From: the human T2T-CHM13v2.0 reference genome, Homo sapiens | NCBI RefSeq assembly: GCF_009914755.1 | Contig: NC_060926.1 | Strand: one strand, 5' to 3' | Length of the DNA: 64,000 nucleotides | In this document: positions 30,801-47,270 of the stretch, one piece after another | Numbering within the stretch: position 1 is the stretch's first letter | How the letters are laid out: each line of letters opens with the position of its first letter | Notes under the pieces: model-generated | Seen by the model: only the letters and a program-made list of their open reading frames with translations | The model's database searches: none | Told to the model about the DNA's origin: nothing | Program-made: the position numbers and the translations under genes

Positions 30801-31780
30801 TGCACAGAAAGAGTGGGATGGTTCAGGCTTCTGAACCAGGTAAGTGGGCACTCTGAATGCCAGGAGATCTGCCTCAGCATGGATCAGAGTGGTCCCTATT
30901 TCACAATAATCTCTGCATAAAAAGGATGAAGAGGCTCAGTCTGCTGAACCAGGCTAGTGGGTGCTCTAAATACCCAGATTTTTGCCTGAGAATGGACCAG
31001 AAAAAGCCTCGCTTCACCATTGTCTATGTCCTTGAAGGGTGGGGTGATTCTGGCTGCTGTTCCAGGCAAGTAGGTGCTTCTGAATGCCTGGATTTCTGCC
31101 TGGGGATGGAGTAGTGAGGCCCCTGTGGCACCATAATCTCAGGGGTGCAGGCTAGGGCACTCAGCAGTGACACACACAGACTGGTTTCAGCTTGCCAAGC
31201 TGGACCTGGCTACAAGTCTCATTATGCAGGAAAACCATAGGAGCACAATTGTAATGCCTACTGCTGATACATTTGCCACAGTTCTAGCTGTAGAGGCCCA
31301 TGCCCCAATCCAGAGCAAGCTCTCCAGTCTTTGGATCAAGATTAAAATGCTTGTGTGGCTATGCTGTTGGGTTGACAAAGAATGGCTGACTTTGTATTCA
31401 CCTGGATTATAAATAGTGTCCTCCTCTCAGTCCAAGGTCTGCGAAGATGCCTGAAGCTTTCCCCAGTGTTTTTTCCTCTCAGTGCCTCCATGCTTCTCTC
31501 CAGGTTAGCTCCAGGACTTGGGAGAAACAAAGTGCTATTATTTGGAGGAGACTCTCTGCTTCTCCCATGTACTGGGGCTTCAATCACTTTTATCAGCTGT
31601 TTGCTATCGCAGGGGCTGTTTGCCCACATTCTCCTCACCAAGTTGGGGTGTCTTTCACAATTCTGGTGGATTCTTATTTCTTTCTCAAATTAACACACAC
31701 AGAATTTATCTTTATGTACTTTCTTGTTATTTCTACATAGCTAAGTCTTGCTAAAAGACTCGAATCCACCCTCTGGAAAA
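24815..31780 (-). mobile_element. Near-full-length L1PB-like element
   Basis: L1PB-type 3'UTR, decayed ORF2 ([16 protein letters not shown]; HPSTTEYTLFSSAH), ORF1 region and long 5' region; 5' boundary approximate. Confidence 0.85.
25264..25624 (-). mobile_element. THE1 (B/C-like) solo LTR nested in the L1PB
   Basis: tgtattagtccg...ccaaaccatatca splits the L1 sequence ttccat|gactttgc. Confidence 0.93.
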
Positions 31781-32133
31781 AAACTTTAAAGTTAATTTTA
31801 ACTTTGAAAGTTTTCTGTTTTGCTTTTAATTTTCATTCATCTTCTTTGGTAAACCTAAAGTAGATGTGGTAGAAAAGGAGCTGGGTTGTATTCACCATGG
31901 TATAAAGCTGTTGAATGACCATTGTTACAGTGCCATAGCATTTCTTTGAAGTAATACGAATTTTAAATAGGTTATTTTTTTTGGTGTCAGTGTTGTCAGA
32001 GAGAAAAATTTTCCCTTATTGTTTTTAATGCTTTGTCTTTCCTGCATTTCTTAGAACGCGTGTTTTGTTTTTGTGTTTTCTTTTCATAATTTATTTAGTG
32101 TTAAAGGATCAAATTTGTTTGCTCAAAGACAAG

Positions 32134-32498
32134 TGATATGGTTTGGCCCTGTGTCGACATCCAAATCTCATGTCGAATTGTAATCAACATGTGTCAGGGG
32201 AGAGACCTAGTGGGAGGTGACTGGATCATGGGAGCAGATTTCTCTTATGCTGTTCTTGTGATAGTGAGTGAGTTCTCATGAGATCTGATGATTTAGAAGT
32301 GTGACGCTTCCCCCCCCAACTCTCTCTCTCCTCCCACCCTGTAAGAAGTGCCTTGCTTCCCCATTAGCTTTCACCATGATTGTAAGTTTCCTAGGCCTCC
32401 CAAGCCATCTGGAACTGTGAGTCAATTAAACCTCTTTTCTTTATAAATTACCCAATTTCAGGTAGTTCTTTATAGTAGTGTGAAAATGAACTAATTTA
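32134..32498 (+). mobile_element. MSTA-like MaLR solo LTR
   Basis: tgatatggtttgg...gaactaattta; 5-bp TSD acaag/gcaag. Confidence 0.9.
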
Positions 32499-35400
32499 GC
32501 AAGGAAAATAGATTGTTTATTACTCCTTATTTGGATTTTGAATTCCTTTCATAGATGTCACAAGGCAAGTGGATGGTCACTGATCCAGTAAAAGTCTCCA
32601 TTTTACCCATCTTCAAGACTAAAACTCAGGGCTAGGTTAGTGGCTAACATTTAAATCAGCATTTGTTGGTTCTAAATTGGTTCATTCACTTGTATTTCCT
32701 AGATATTTAATTTTCCTCTGGTTCATATTATTTTGATCTTAGAAACAACTTTAGAAAGAGTACTTCTCTTGAATCTGAATAATGACATGCATACCCAACA
32801 GAATCCAAGGGAAAGACAATTGATTTTAGTTAATGACTCATACATAATTTCTTATTCCAACACTGATCATTTTCTTTAACTGAATCCATAAGTACTCTTT
32901 ATTGTTTTCAGTTGCAAAATAATCACCTTGTTTTGAAACCTAAGCAGGTGATTTCTCAGAATTTATTTTATGATAATGTGGAATCCACATGTCAGTTTAA
33001 GTGTCTATATCTTAAGTGCTCTATACCTGAAAATATATTGTTTTGTACCTTGTTAAACAAATAATGAATAACAACTGATAAATACGATAACCTAGTAACT
33101 GTGCAAATTGAAAGCACACATCTAACTTGCTATCGCAGACTGGTTTCAACACTGAATTCTAAATACTTGTAATAATAATAGTAATAATAGATGTTATAAA
33201 TAGAGTTTGTGAGGTGATTTTTTGGAACATTAAATATGATATTTGAATTCTTACTCCTAAAGAGTTTAAAGTTTAAACTTTTTTGATATACACAGAATTC
33301 CATTTATATAATCACTTTTAATCACATAAGTATTATATTATGATCTTAAGTCTTTAGAGTCCCTCACCATTACTCATTCTCCATACATCTGATTTTGCTA
33401 GTGAATCTGGTTTTCTTAAGACAAAGCAATGCTCACTTACAAGAGTAATAGCACAATAGTATTAAATAAGACTAAAATACAACAGACAATACTATTATTA
33501 TTTAGATTTGTACCAACCTTAATAAGACTGAAAATTTAAATGTCCAAGTAGTTCTTGAATGGTATACTTTCCTAGTTTTAATGTATTGACAGAAACTGCT
33601 ATAGCTTACAAAATTATTCACCTTGGACTAATCTTCCACTCTAATCTTGTCAAATATCTCCTTCCTTAAGGGTAGTTCAAACACTTTTCCCTTTGCAATG
33701 CTCTCCCTGACTGCCCTGTACAGACATAATGCTTTGTCTTCTCCCCATTCTTTCATTACCTATACTCATATCAACACTTTTCATTGTGGCAATTTACACA
33801 AAATTTGTTTTTCCACTCACTGGACTGTAATCACTTTAAGAGAAAAGATCATGGCTTTTCTAATATAAGCAGAGTGTTGGCTGTTTGGTTCCTATCAAAT
33901 AAATGTGTGTAAATAAAGACCTTATGTTGAAAAATCACCAATGAGAATCCATTTAGACTACTTATGACTCTGATCAGGCCTAGAAATAGAACCACTCAAA
34001 TTAATTGCAACTCTCAACTTTATATCTTTTGTTGTGAAACAGTTAAATTTGATTGTATTGTATCAGATTTATATGATATTCATTGGCTTCCAGCAAAGTC
34101 TCTTATTGCTATTTGAGCACATGAATTCCTGAAACACACTTGCAATACTCAGAATGACTTGATGTATTGCAGGTAGCTCCCATCCCTCCTCTATACCTAG
34201 AACTATAAAATTAATTTTTAAATGCCACTTTGGAACATAGTTTTACTGACTGCTTACACAATTTTAGTAGATAATGTGCATTGCCTCCTTATTTTCCTCT
34301 TTAGGTACCACTCCTAAATTTCTCCTTCCATAAAATTTTATGAAAAAGAAATTGTGGAAAAATGCACAAATATTTGGACTAAGTAATACACTTCTAAATA
34401 ACTATCAATGAAAGAATAAATCAAAAGGGAAATAGAGGTTATTTTGAATTAAATGAAAATGAAAATATAACATATCAAAATTTTGTGGTTTGCAGCTAAT
34501 ACAATACTTAGAGGAAAATTCAAATACTTGCATTAGAAAAAGAGAAAAGTTTTGAGACAACAAATAACCTCAATGTACACCTTAAAAAAGAAACAAAGAA
34601 AAGCAAATAAAGTCCAAATAGAAGAGAGGGAATAATAAAGATAATTAAAGTAATGGAAAACATGCAAGCAATAGAAAAAGTTAATAATATAACAAACTGT
34701 TGTGTAAAAAAGATAGAAATGGAATGATCTCTAACAAATCAGAAAGAAAGAAAAAATACGCACATTACGAATCCAGTAATGAGAGAGATTGTTATTATGG
34801 CTTCTATAGATATTAAAATGATAATAGAGAATATTAAAAAACAACATTATGTCAATAAAGTGGAAAATTTTGATGAATTCAGCAAATTCCTTGATACACA
34901 CAAACTAATAAAACTTAAGAAAAAATAGATAGCCTGAGTAGTCTTGTATCTATTATAGGAATGAAAAGTTTAATTAAAAACATTTCCACAAAGAAACTTT
35001 TAGGCCCTGAAAGCTTCGCTAGTCTATTGTACCTAACATTTAAGGAAGAAATAATACCAATTCTATACAAATGCTTTGAGAAAACTGACAAGGAAGAACT
35101 ACCCCCCAATTCACTTTGAGAGTAGCATTACTCTGATAGAGAAATCAAACAAATATATTACAAGATAGGAAAACTAAAGGCTAGTATCTATTATGTTATA
35201 GATGCAAAATTAGTTTTTTAATTTTTGACAAAATGAACCCAGTAATATATAAGTACAATACATTATGACCAAATGACATCTGACCCTGGAACACAGGTTG
35301 TTTTAGCATTTGAAAATTAATCAATATAATTTATCATATTAATAGACTAAAAAAAGCCTAAAAAGAGAATACGGTATCTCAATAGATGCAGATATACTAT

Positions 35401-35860
35401 TTATCCAAATACCATATCTGTTTGAGTTTTATTGGTGGGGAAGGATGGAGCGGGGAGCAACTCTCCCTCCTCTCTCACCAATAAAACCCATCTCACCCTC
35501 TCTCAGTAATGAAACCCGAAACAATAACTCAGCAAATAGAGAACTTCCACAACCTATAGAGGTATCTGTAGAAAATTTAAAGCTAACATCATATTTAATC
35601 GTGAAAGATTAAATGCTTTCCCCCTAAGATCAGAAACAAGACAAGGCTATCTACTCCCACCCATGCCTATTTAACACTCTATAGGTGGTTATACCCAGTG
35701 CAATAAGACACGTGAAAAAAAGAATGTGAATAAAACTGTGTTCAAAGGGGACACGATCATTTATGTAGAATCCTATGGAAGCTACAAGAAAGCTCCTAGA
35801 ACTTATAAGGAATTTTAACAAGCCTGTGGGATATAAAATCAAGTACAAAAACTAATTTTA

Positions 35861-36220
35861 TTTTTATTTTTAAAAATATTTTAACTTTTATTTTAGGTTC
35901 AGGAGTATATGTGCAGGTTTGTTATATAGTAAACTTGTGACTTGGAGGTTTGGTTTACAGGTAATTTTGTCACCTGGGTACTAAGCATATTACCTAACAG
36001 TTTTCTTTTTTTCTGAATTTTTTCCTTTTTCTCACCCTTCACACCTCAAGTAGGCTCCAATGTCTGTTGCTCCTCTCTTTTTGTCCCTGTATTCTCATTA
36101 CTTAGCTCCCACTTATAGGTGAGAACATGCAGTATTTGGTTTTCTGGTCCTGAATTAGTTTCCTAAAGACAATGGTTTCCAGTTCCATCTGTGTTCCTGC
36201 AAAAGATGTGATCTCATTCT
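35861..36220 (-). mobile_element. 5'-truncated L1PA15/16-like 3' end nested in the older L1
   Basis: T-rich tail plus 3'UTR; degenerate TSD caaaaactaatttta / caaaaatgaatttta. Confidence 0.85.
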
Positions 36221-36970
36221 CAAAAATGAATTTTATAATTATGTATTAGAACAAAGCGTTTGGAATTAGAAATGAAAATTACAATACCATTTACAACAGC
36301 ATCAGTAAACATAAAATATTTAATGATATATGTGACAAAATATGTTTAATACTAACACACTGAAAACTATCAAAAATCGTTGAAATGAGAGACATACATA
36401 ATCAGAGGTATACCATGTTTATGGATCAGAAGTTAGTAATATTATTAAGACATCAGTTCTCTCCAACTATATCTATATATATAATGTAATACCAATAAAA
36501 ATCCCAGAAGAACTTTTTAAATAAATAAAGCAATTAAAAATTCATATGGTAATGCCAAGGAAATACACACACTACAGCAACTTTCAAAAAGAAGAACACA
36601 ATTGGTGGACTTATACTACCTGTCTTCAGAGTTACTTTAAATATAATCAGGATAATGTTGTATTGGCATAGGAGAGAAAAATAGATCAATGTCACACAAT
36701 AGAGAGTCAAGAAATAGATTTCCACATATATGGTCACCTGATATTTAAGAAATGTGCGAAGGCAATAATTCAGTGAAAACAAAAAAGACAGTCTTTTCAA
36801 CAAATGGTGTGGAATAATTAGATATTCATAAACATAAAAATGAAACTCCAACCCACACCTCAAAATCTACAAAAAGGAACTCAAAATGATTTATAGACCT
36901 TAATGAAAATGTAAAATATAAACTTTTAGAAGAACACATAAGAGAAAAATTTTGTGAACCTGGGTTAGAC

Positions 36971-37156
36971 CTTAAATTCTCAACAGGGTCAATATTGCCC
37001 CTAAGTGGGTAATTATCGGTTCTTGGAGGATGAAAAAAAATGTAGTTATTGAATGGTTTGTGTATATCTGTGGTAGTAAAATTTCATGAAGAGGAAGTAA
37101 TCATGAAAAAATGATCTTAGATTCTTTTAGGCAAAAATAAAATTTGAGAAACACTG
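36971..37156. mobile_element. Non-autonomous hAT-Charlie element (MER20/MER106-like) nested in L1
   Basis: ttctcaac...ttgagaaacactg termini; 8-bp TSD ggttagac/agttaggc. Confidence 0.65.
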
Positions 37157-38571
37157 AGTTAGGCAAAGATTTCTTAAATGCAAAACCAATATCATGGATC
37201 ATAATAGAAAAATACTAATGAATTGTACTTCATCAAAGACACAGTTAAGAGAATGAAGAGACATTTCACAACTTGGGAGAAAATGTTTACAGATCATTTA
37301 TTATACAATGGGCTTATATCCATCTATATGATGACCTCTGAGAATTTGTAATAAGAAAACAATCCAATTAAAAATGGGCTAAACATATGAACAGATACTT
37401 CATCAATTAAGATTATATGAATGGTAAATAAGCACACAAGAAGATGCTTATCATTAGTCATTAGGGGAATGCAGATTAAAACCATAACGAGATATCACTA
37501 CACATCTATTAGAGTGGCTAAAATTTAAAAAAGACTAAGAAGACCTGCTGTAGGTGAGATGATAGAGTGACTGGAACTCTCATACATGCTGGTGAGAATG
37601 TTTGTGATACAGCTGAAAAACAGTTTGACAGTTTCTTAAAAAGTGAAGCCTATCCTCACTATATGAGCCATTTCACCCCTAGGATTTTAGATGAGAGAAA
37701 CAAAAGCATATATCCATTCAAATACTTGTGTATATATATGTTCATATCAGCCTTATTTGATTTAGTCAAAACTCCCAATTACCCCAAACAGATGAAAAGA
37801 TAAACAAATTATGGTATATACATAAATAAAATGTTACTCAACAATAAAAACAAATAAAATTTTGATACAAACAACAACAGGTCTGGATCTCAAAATAACT
37901 GAGTTAGCTGAACGCTGAGTGAAAAAACTTATACAAAAAAAGAATGTATATTGTATTTTCCATTTATATAACATTCCAGAAAGTAAAGGCTAATCTATAG
38001 TGAAGGAAAGTAAATCAATGGAAAGCCTAGGGATTGGCAGCAGGAATGGTGGGGGCGTGGATCATAAAGGGGACTGAGGGGAGATTTGGAGTGTTAGATA
38101 TTGATTGTGTTGACTGTATCACAAATATATACATATGTCAAAACTTCTTAAATTGTAAGCATTCAATATATGAAGCTTACTGTATGTCAATCATACTCCA
38201 ATAAAAATAATAGTATTCAACATCTATGATAGTACTGTTATGTTTCTTTACAGGAATTATTTGTTGGATAATATTAGAAAACAAGTTTAATATGGCAGAT
38301 CAAGGAAAGAGATTTTGTGTAAAAAGACGACAGTTTTATGTTTTTATTTATTATTATTTTTTATTATTATTATACTTTAAGTTTTAGGGTACATGTGCAC
38401 AATGTGCAGGTTAGTTACATATGTATACATGTGCCATGCTGGTGTGCTGCACCCATTAACTCGTCATTTAGCATTAGGTATATCCCTTAATGCTATCCCT
38501 CCCCCTTCCCCCCCCCACAACAGTCCCCAGAGTGTGATGTTCCCCTTCCTGTGTCCATGGGTTCTCATTGT

Positions 38572-42399
<3,828 letters not shown>

Positions 42400-42462
42400 T
42401 ATGATGTTAGCAGGTTATTTTGCTCGTTAGTTGATGCAGTTTCTTCCTAGTCTTGATGGTCT

Positions 42463-43473
42463 TTACATTTTGGCATGATTTTGCAGCGGCTGGTACTGGT
42501 TGTGCCTTTCCATGTTTAGCGCTTCCTTCAGGAGCTCTTTTAGGGCAGGCCTGGTGGTGACAAAATCTCTCAGCATTTGCTTGTCTGTATTTTATTTCTC
42601 CTTCACTTATGAAGCTTAGTTTGGCTGGATATGAAATTCTGGGTTGAAAATTCTTTTCTTTAAGAATGTTGAATATTGGCCCCCACTCTCTTCTGTCTTG
42701 TAGAGTTTCTGCTGAGACATCTGCTGTTAGTCTGATGGGCTTCCCTTTGAGTGTAACTCGACCATTCTCTCTTTCTGCCCTTAACATTTTTTACTTCATT
42801 TCAACTTTGGTGAATCTGACAATTATGTGTCTTGGAGTTGCTCTTCTCGAGGAGTATCTTTGTGGCATTCTCTGTATTTCCTGAATGTGAATGTTGGCCT
42901 GCCTTGCTAGATTGGGGAAGTTCTCCTGGATAATATCCTGCAGAGTGTTTTCCAACTTGGTTCCATTCTCCCTGTCACTTTCAGGTACACCAATCAGATG
43001 CAGATTTGGTCTTTTCACATAGTCCCATATTTTTGGAGGCTTTGCTCATTTCTTTTTATTCTTTTTTCTCTAAACTTCCCTTCTGGCTTCATTTCATTCA
43101 TTTCATCTTCCATCACTGATACCCTTTCTTTCAGTTGATTGTATCAGCTCCTGAGGCTTCTGCATTCTTCACGTATTTCTCGAGCCTTGACTTTCAGTTC
43201 CATCAGCTCCTTTAAGGACTTCTCTGTATTGGTTATTCTAGTTATACATTCATCTAAATTTTTTTCAAGGTTTTCAACTTCTTTGCCTTTGGTTTGAATT
43301 TCCTCCTGTAGCTCAGAGTAGTTTGATCGTCTGAAGCCTTCTTCTCTCAACTTGTCAAAGTCATTCTCTGTCCAGCTTTGTTCCGTTGCTGGTGAGGAAC
43401 TGCGTTCCTTTGGAGGAGGAGAGGTGCTGTGCTTTTTAGAGTTTCCAGTTTTTCTGTTCTGTTTTTTCCCCAT
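42463..43473 (-). pseudogene. L1-A ORF1, disrupted
   Basis: MGKKQNRKTGNSK start; internal stops and a 5-bp deletion near 42590. Confidence 0.95.
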
Positions 43474-44508
43474 CTTTGTGGTTTTATCTACTTTTGGTCT
43501 TTGATGATGGTGATGTACAGATGGGTTTTTGGTGTGGATGTCCTTTCTGTTTGTTAGTTTTCCTTCTAACAGACAGGACCCTCAGCTGCAGGTCTGTTGG
43601 AGTTTGCTAGAGGTCCACTCCAGACCCTGTTTTCCTGGGTATCAGCAGCGGTGTCTGCAGAACCGCGGATTTTCGTGATCGGCGAATGCTGCTGTCTGAT
43701 TGTTCCTCTGGAAGTTTTGTCCCAGAGGAGTACCCGGCCGTGTGAGGTTTCAGTCTGCCCCTACTGGGGGGTGCCTCACAGTTAGGCTGCTCGGGGGTCG
43801 GGGGTCAGGGACCCACTTGAGGAGGCAGTCTGCCTGTTCTCAGATCTCCAGCTGCGTGCTGGGAGAACCACTGCTGTCCTCAAAGCTGTCACACAGGGAC
43901 ATTTAAGTCTGCAGAGGTTACTGCTGTCTTTTTGTTTGTCTGTGCCCTGCCCCCAGAGGTGGAGCCTACAGAGGCAGGCAGGCCTCCTTGAGCTGCGGTG
44001 GGCTCCACCCAGTTGGAGCTTCCAGGCTGCTTTGTTTACCTAAGCGAGGCTGGGCAATGGCGGGCGCCCCTCCCCCAGCCTCACTGTGGCCTTGCAGTTT
44101 GATCTCAGACTGCTGTGCTAGCAATCAGTGAGATTCTGTGAGCGTAGGACCCTCCAAGCCAGGTGTGGGATATAGTCTCCTGTTGTGCCGGGTTTCCTAA
44201 GCCCGTCAGAAAAGCGCAGAATTCGGGTGGGAGTGGCCCGATTTTCCAGGTGCTGTCTCTCAGCCCTTTCCTTGACCAGGAAAGGGAACTCCCTGATCCC
44301 TTGTGCTTCCCGAGTGAGGCAATGCCTCGCCCTGCTTCGGCTCGCACACGGTGCGCTGCACCCACTGTCCTGCGCCCACTGTCTGGCACTCCCTAGTGAG
44401 ATGAACCCGGTACCTCAGATGGAAATGCAGAAATCACCCGTCTTCTGCATCGCTCACGCTGGGAGCTGTAGACCGGAGCTGTTCCTATTCGGCCATCTTG
44501 GCTCCTCC
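43474..44508 (-). promoter_or_regulatory. L1 5'UTR internal sense promoter and antisense promoter region
   Basis: GC/CpG-rich 5'UTR; intact YY1 core caagatggcc (ggccatcttg at 44491-44500); activity cannot be seen from sequence. Confidence 0.8.
44057..44131 (+). pseudogene. L1 ORF0 truncated to 24 aa
   Basis: ATG at 44057 gives MAGAPPPASLWPCSLISDCCASNQ then TGA, a likely CGA>TGA change. Confidence 0.85.
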
Positions 44509-44874
44509 TTCAAAAGACAACAATTTTAAACATTGGTATATTCTCTAGGAACCAGAGAATACATTAGACATTGACACAGATAATCCAAAGCATAAAATTC
44601 ATTCCAATATTGGTAAATTATTACTTAAGTGTTACGCATTTATATTAACCACATATAACATTACACTTCTCTAAACAGCTTCAAGTCGTATGCAGGTAGA
44701 TTATGATAATTCCTCACACGAATCACAGAAGAAACATTTCTTTTGCAAATATGTTAATGCATAAGTTTTAAGTAGACTGGCTTTATAATTGAATACATTT
44801 ATGATAACATCCAGATGATCAAGAGTTTCAGGAAAGAAAGGTATAACTGAAATGGAACTGTGTTTCATTCAACA

Positions 44875-46920
44875 GCGATTCCCCATTTCCACCTCCTCCT
44901 AATCCTCTCGCAACCACCATTCTATGCTCTACTTCTATGAGTTTGACTATTTATATTAATGGAATCATACAGTATTTGTCCTTCTGTGACTGGCTTATTT
45001 AACTTAGCATACTGTATTCGAGGTTGTCACAAAAGGTAATATTTTTATTTTTTTAAAAGCTAAATAATATTTCACTGTATGAATATACCACATTTTTCTT
45101 ATTCATCGGTTGATAATCATTTGGTTTGTTTTCACATTATGGCTGTTGTGAATAATGCTGCAACAAATGTGGAAATGCAGATATTTCTTTGAGACCCTGA
45201 TTCTAACTCTTTTGAATACATACTCTTAAGTGTAATAGCTGGATCATATGGTAGTTCTACTTTTACTTTTTGGAAGAAACTACATGTTGTTTTCCATTTG
45301 GCTTCACCATTTTTCATTGCCACCAACAATGTGCAAGAGTTCCAATTTCTTCACGTCCTGGATAACACTTTTTTTTATGTTTATTTATTTTATAAAAATA
45401 GAGGCTGGGATTTGCTATGTTGCCCAGGCTAATTTTGAACTCCTGGGCTCAGTGATTTCCCCACCTTGGCCTCAGAAAGTACTGGAATTAGATGTGTGAC
45501 CCACTGTGCCTAGGCTTTTTTTTTTTATTTTTTTAACACTAGTTATTCTAACAGGTATGAGGTAATATCTCATTATGGTTTTGGTCAGCATTTCCCTGAT
45601 GACTGGTGATGCTGAGCAGCTTTTCATATACCTGTTGGCTATTTGTATGTCTTTGGAAAAATGAAAGACCTTTTTATTTACAAGTGCTGTTGAAATCCTT
45701 TGCCCATTTTTCATCAGTTTGTTTTTTTGCTATTCAGTTGTAGGACAAATTCTAATACATTTTGGGTATTAATCCCTTATGAGATAGATGGTTTGCAAAT
45801 ATTTTCTCTTGTTCCATAGGTTGCCTCTTTACTTTGATTTTTTTCATTGCTGTGCAGAGCATTTTAATTTGACGTAGTTCCATCTATTTTTTTATTTTGC
45901 TGCTTGCGTCAAATCCATGAAATAATTGACAAGACCATTGCCCAAAAGATTTTCCCCTGTGTTTCTTTTGGAGTTTACAGTTTCAGGTCTTATGTTTAAG
46001 TCTTTAATCCATTTCGAGCAACTTTTGTATATGGTGTAAATTAGGAGTCTAATTCCATTCTTTTTCATGAGGATATTCAGTTTTTCTAACACCATTTATT
46101 GAAGAGGCTATCTTTTCCCACTGTGTGTTCTTAACATCCTTGCTAAAGATCAGTTGACTGAATATGCACGGTTTTATTTCTGGGCTCTCTACTTTGTTAG
46201 ATTGGTCTATGTGTCTGTTTTTATGCCAGTACCATATTGTTTTGATTACTGTGGCTTTGTAATATATTTTGAAACCAGGGAATATGATCCCTCTAGCTTT
46301 GTTCTTCTTTCTCAAGATTGCTCTGGTGATTTGGAGTCTTTTGTGTTTCCATATGAATTGTAGAATTGTATTTTCTATTTGTGAGGAAATGCCTTTGGAA
46401 TTTTGATAGGGATTTCATCGAATCTGTAGATCACTTCATGTAGTATGGGCATTTTAGAAACGTTAATTCTTCCACTCCATGAACACAAGATCTCTTTCCA
46501 TTTATTTGTTTCTTGTTTAACTTCATCAGTGTTTTATGATTGTTAGTATACAAGTCTTTGACCTCCTTGGTTTTATTGGTTTAAATATTTTAGTAACAGT
46601 TTTAAATATTTAAATAAATACTTGATTTATTCCTTAGCATTTGATTCTTCTGATGCTATTGTTAATGATATTGTTTTCTTATTTTTTTCAAATACTTCCT
46701 TGATATTTATATGTTCAACTGATATTTATATGTTGATGTTGTATACTGCAATTTTGCTAAATTGATTTATTAGTTTTTGTTTTATCAGGGTTTTTTTGTA
46801 TGTGGCATCTTTAGAGTTTCCTAGATATAAAATTATATCATCTGCAAAAAGACAATTTTACTTCTTTCTGCTTTGCATGTCTTTTATATCTTTTTCTTGC
46901 TTAATTGGACTGGCTGGCAC
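44875..46920 (-). mobile_element. L1MA/MB-like 3' and ORF2 fragment
   Basis: ORF2 remnant [35 protein letters not shown]. Confidence 0.88.
45370..45515 (-). mobile_element. Alu monomer (FLAM/AluJ-like) within L1
   Basis: ctatgttgcccaggct...gaactcctgggctc...ccactgtgcctaggc, single arm only. Confidence 0.8.
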
Positions 46921-46944
46921 TGCCATTAAAGACTGCCACCTGGT

Positions 46945-47270
46945 ACCTATATACAAGATAGTACCTATAGTTAGGTACCTATAGTTAACAATACCTGTAA
47001 TTAACTATGGTATTATGTACTTTAAATTACCTTAAGAGGATAGATCTCATATTAAGTGTTATGTCAAACAACCCCCTGCCAAATCCCACGAAGAACATAA
47101 GGAAATTTTTGGAGGTGATGAATATGTTTGGTACCTTGATTGTAGTGATGGCATCATGGTTGTTTGCATGTGTGTCCAAACTCATGAAAAGGTATAAATT
47201 TAATATGTGTGGGTTTTTTTGTTTATCAATTATACCTCAATAACGCTTAATATAATCATTCAAAAAATAA
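46945..47270 (+). mobile_element. L1M 3' end on the opposite strand
   Basis: ggaggtgatgaatatgttt...atcaattatacctcaataa, an L1M terminal motif. Confidence 0.75.

Larger units (their letters stand above)
34330..38210 (+). mobile_element. Old L1M (MC/MD-like) ORF2 and 3' end
   Basis: A-rich decayed ORF2 motifs (aatgctttccccctaagatcagaaacaagacaagg; cttttcaacaaatggtg) and a 3' end with aataaa near 38200. Confidence 0.8.
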
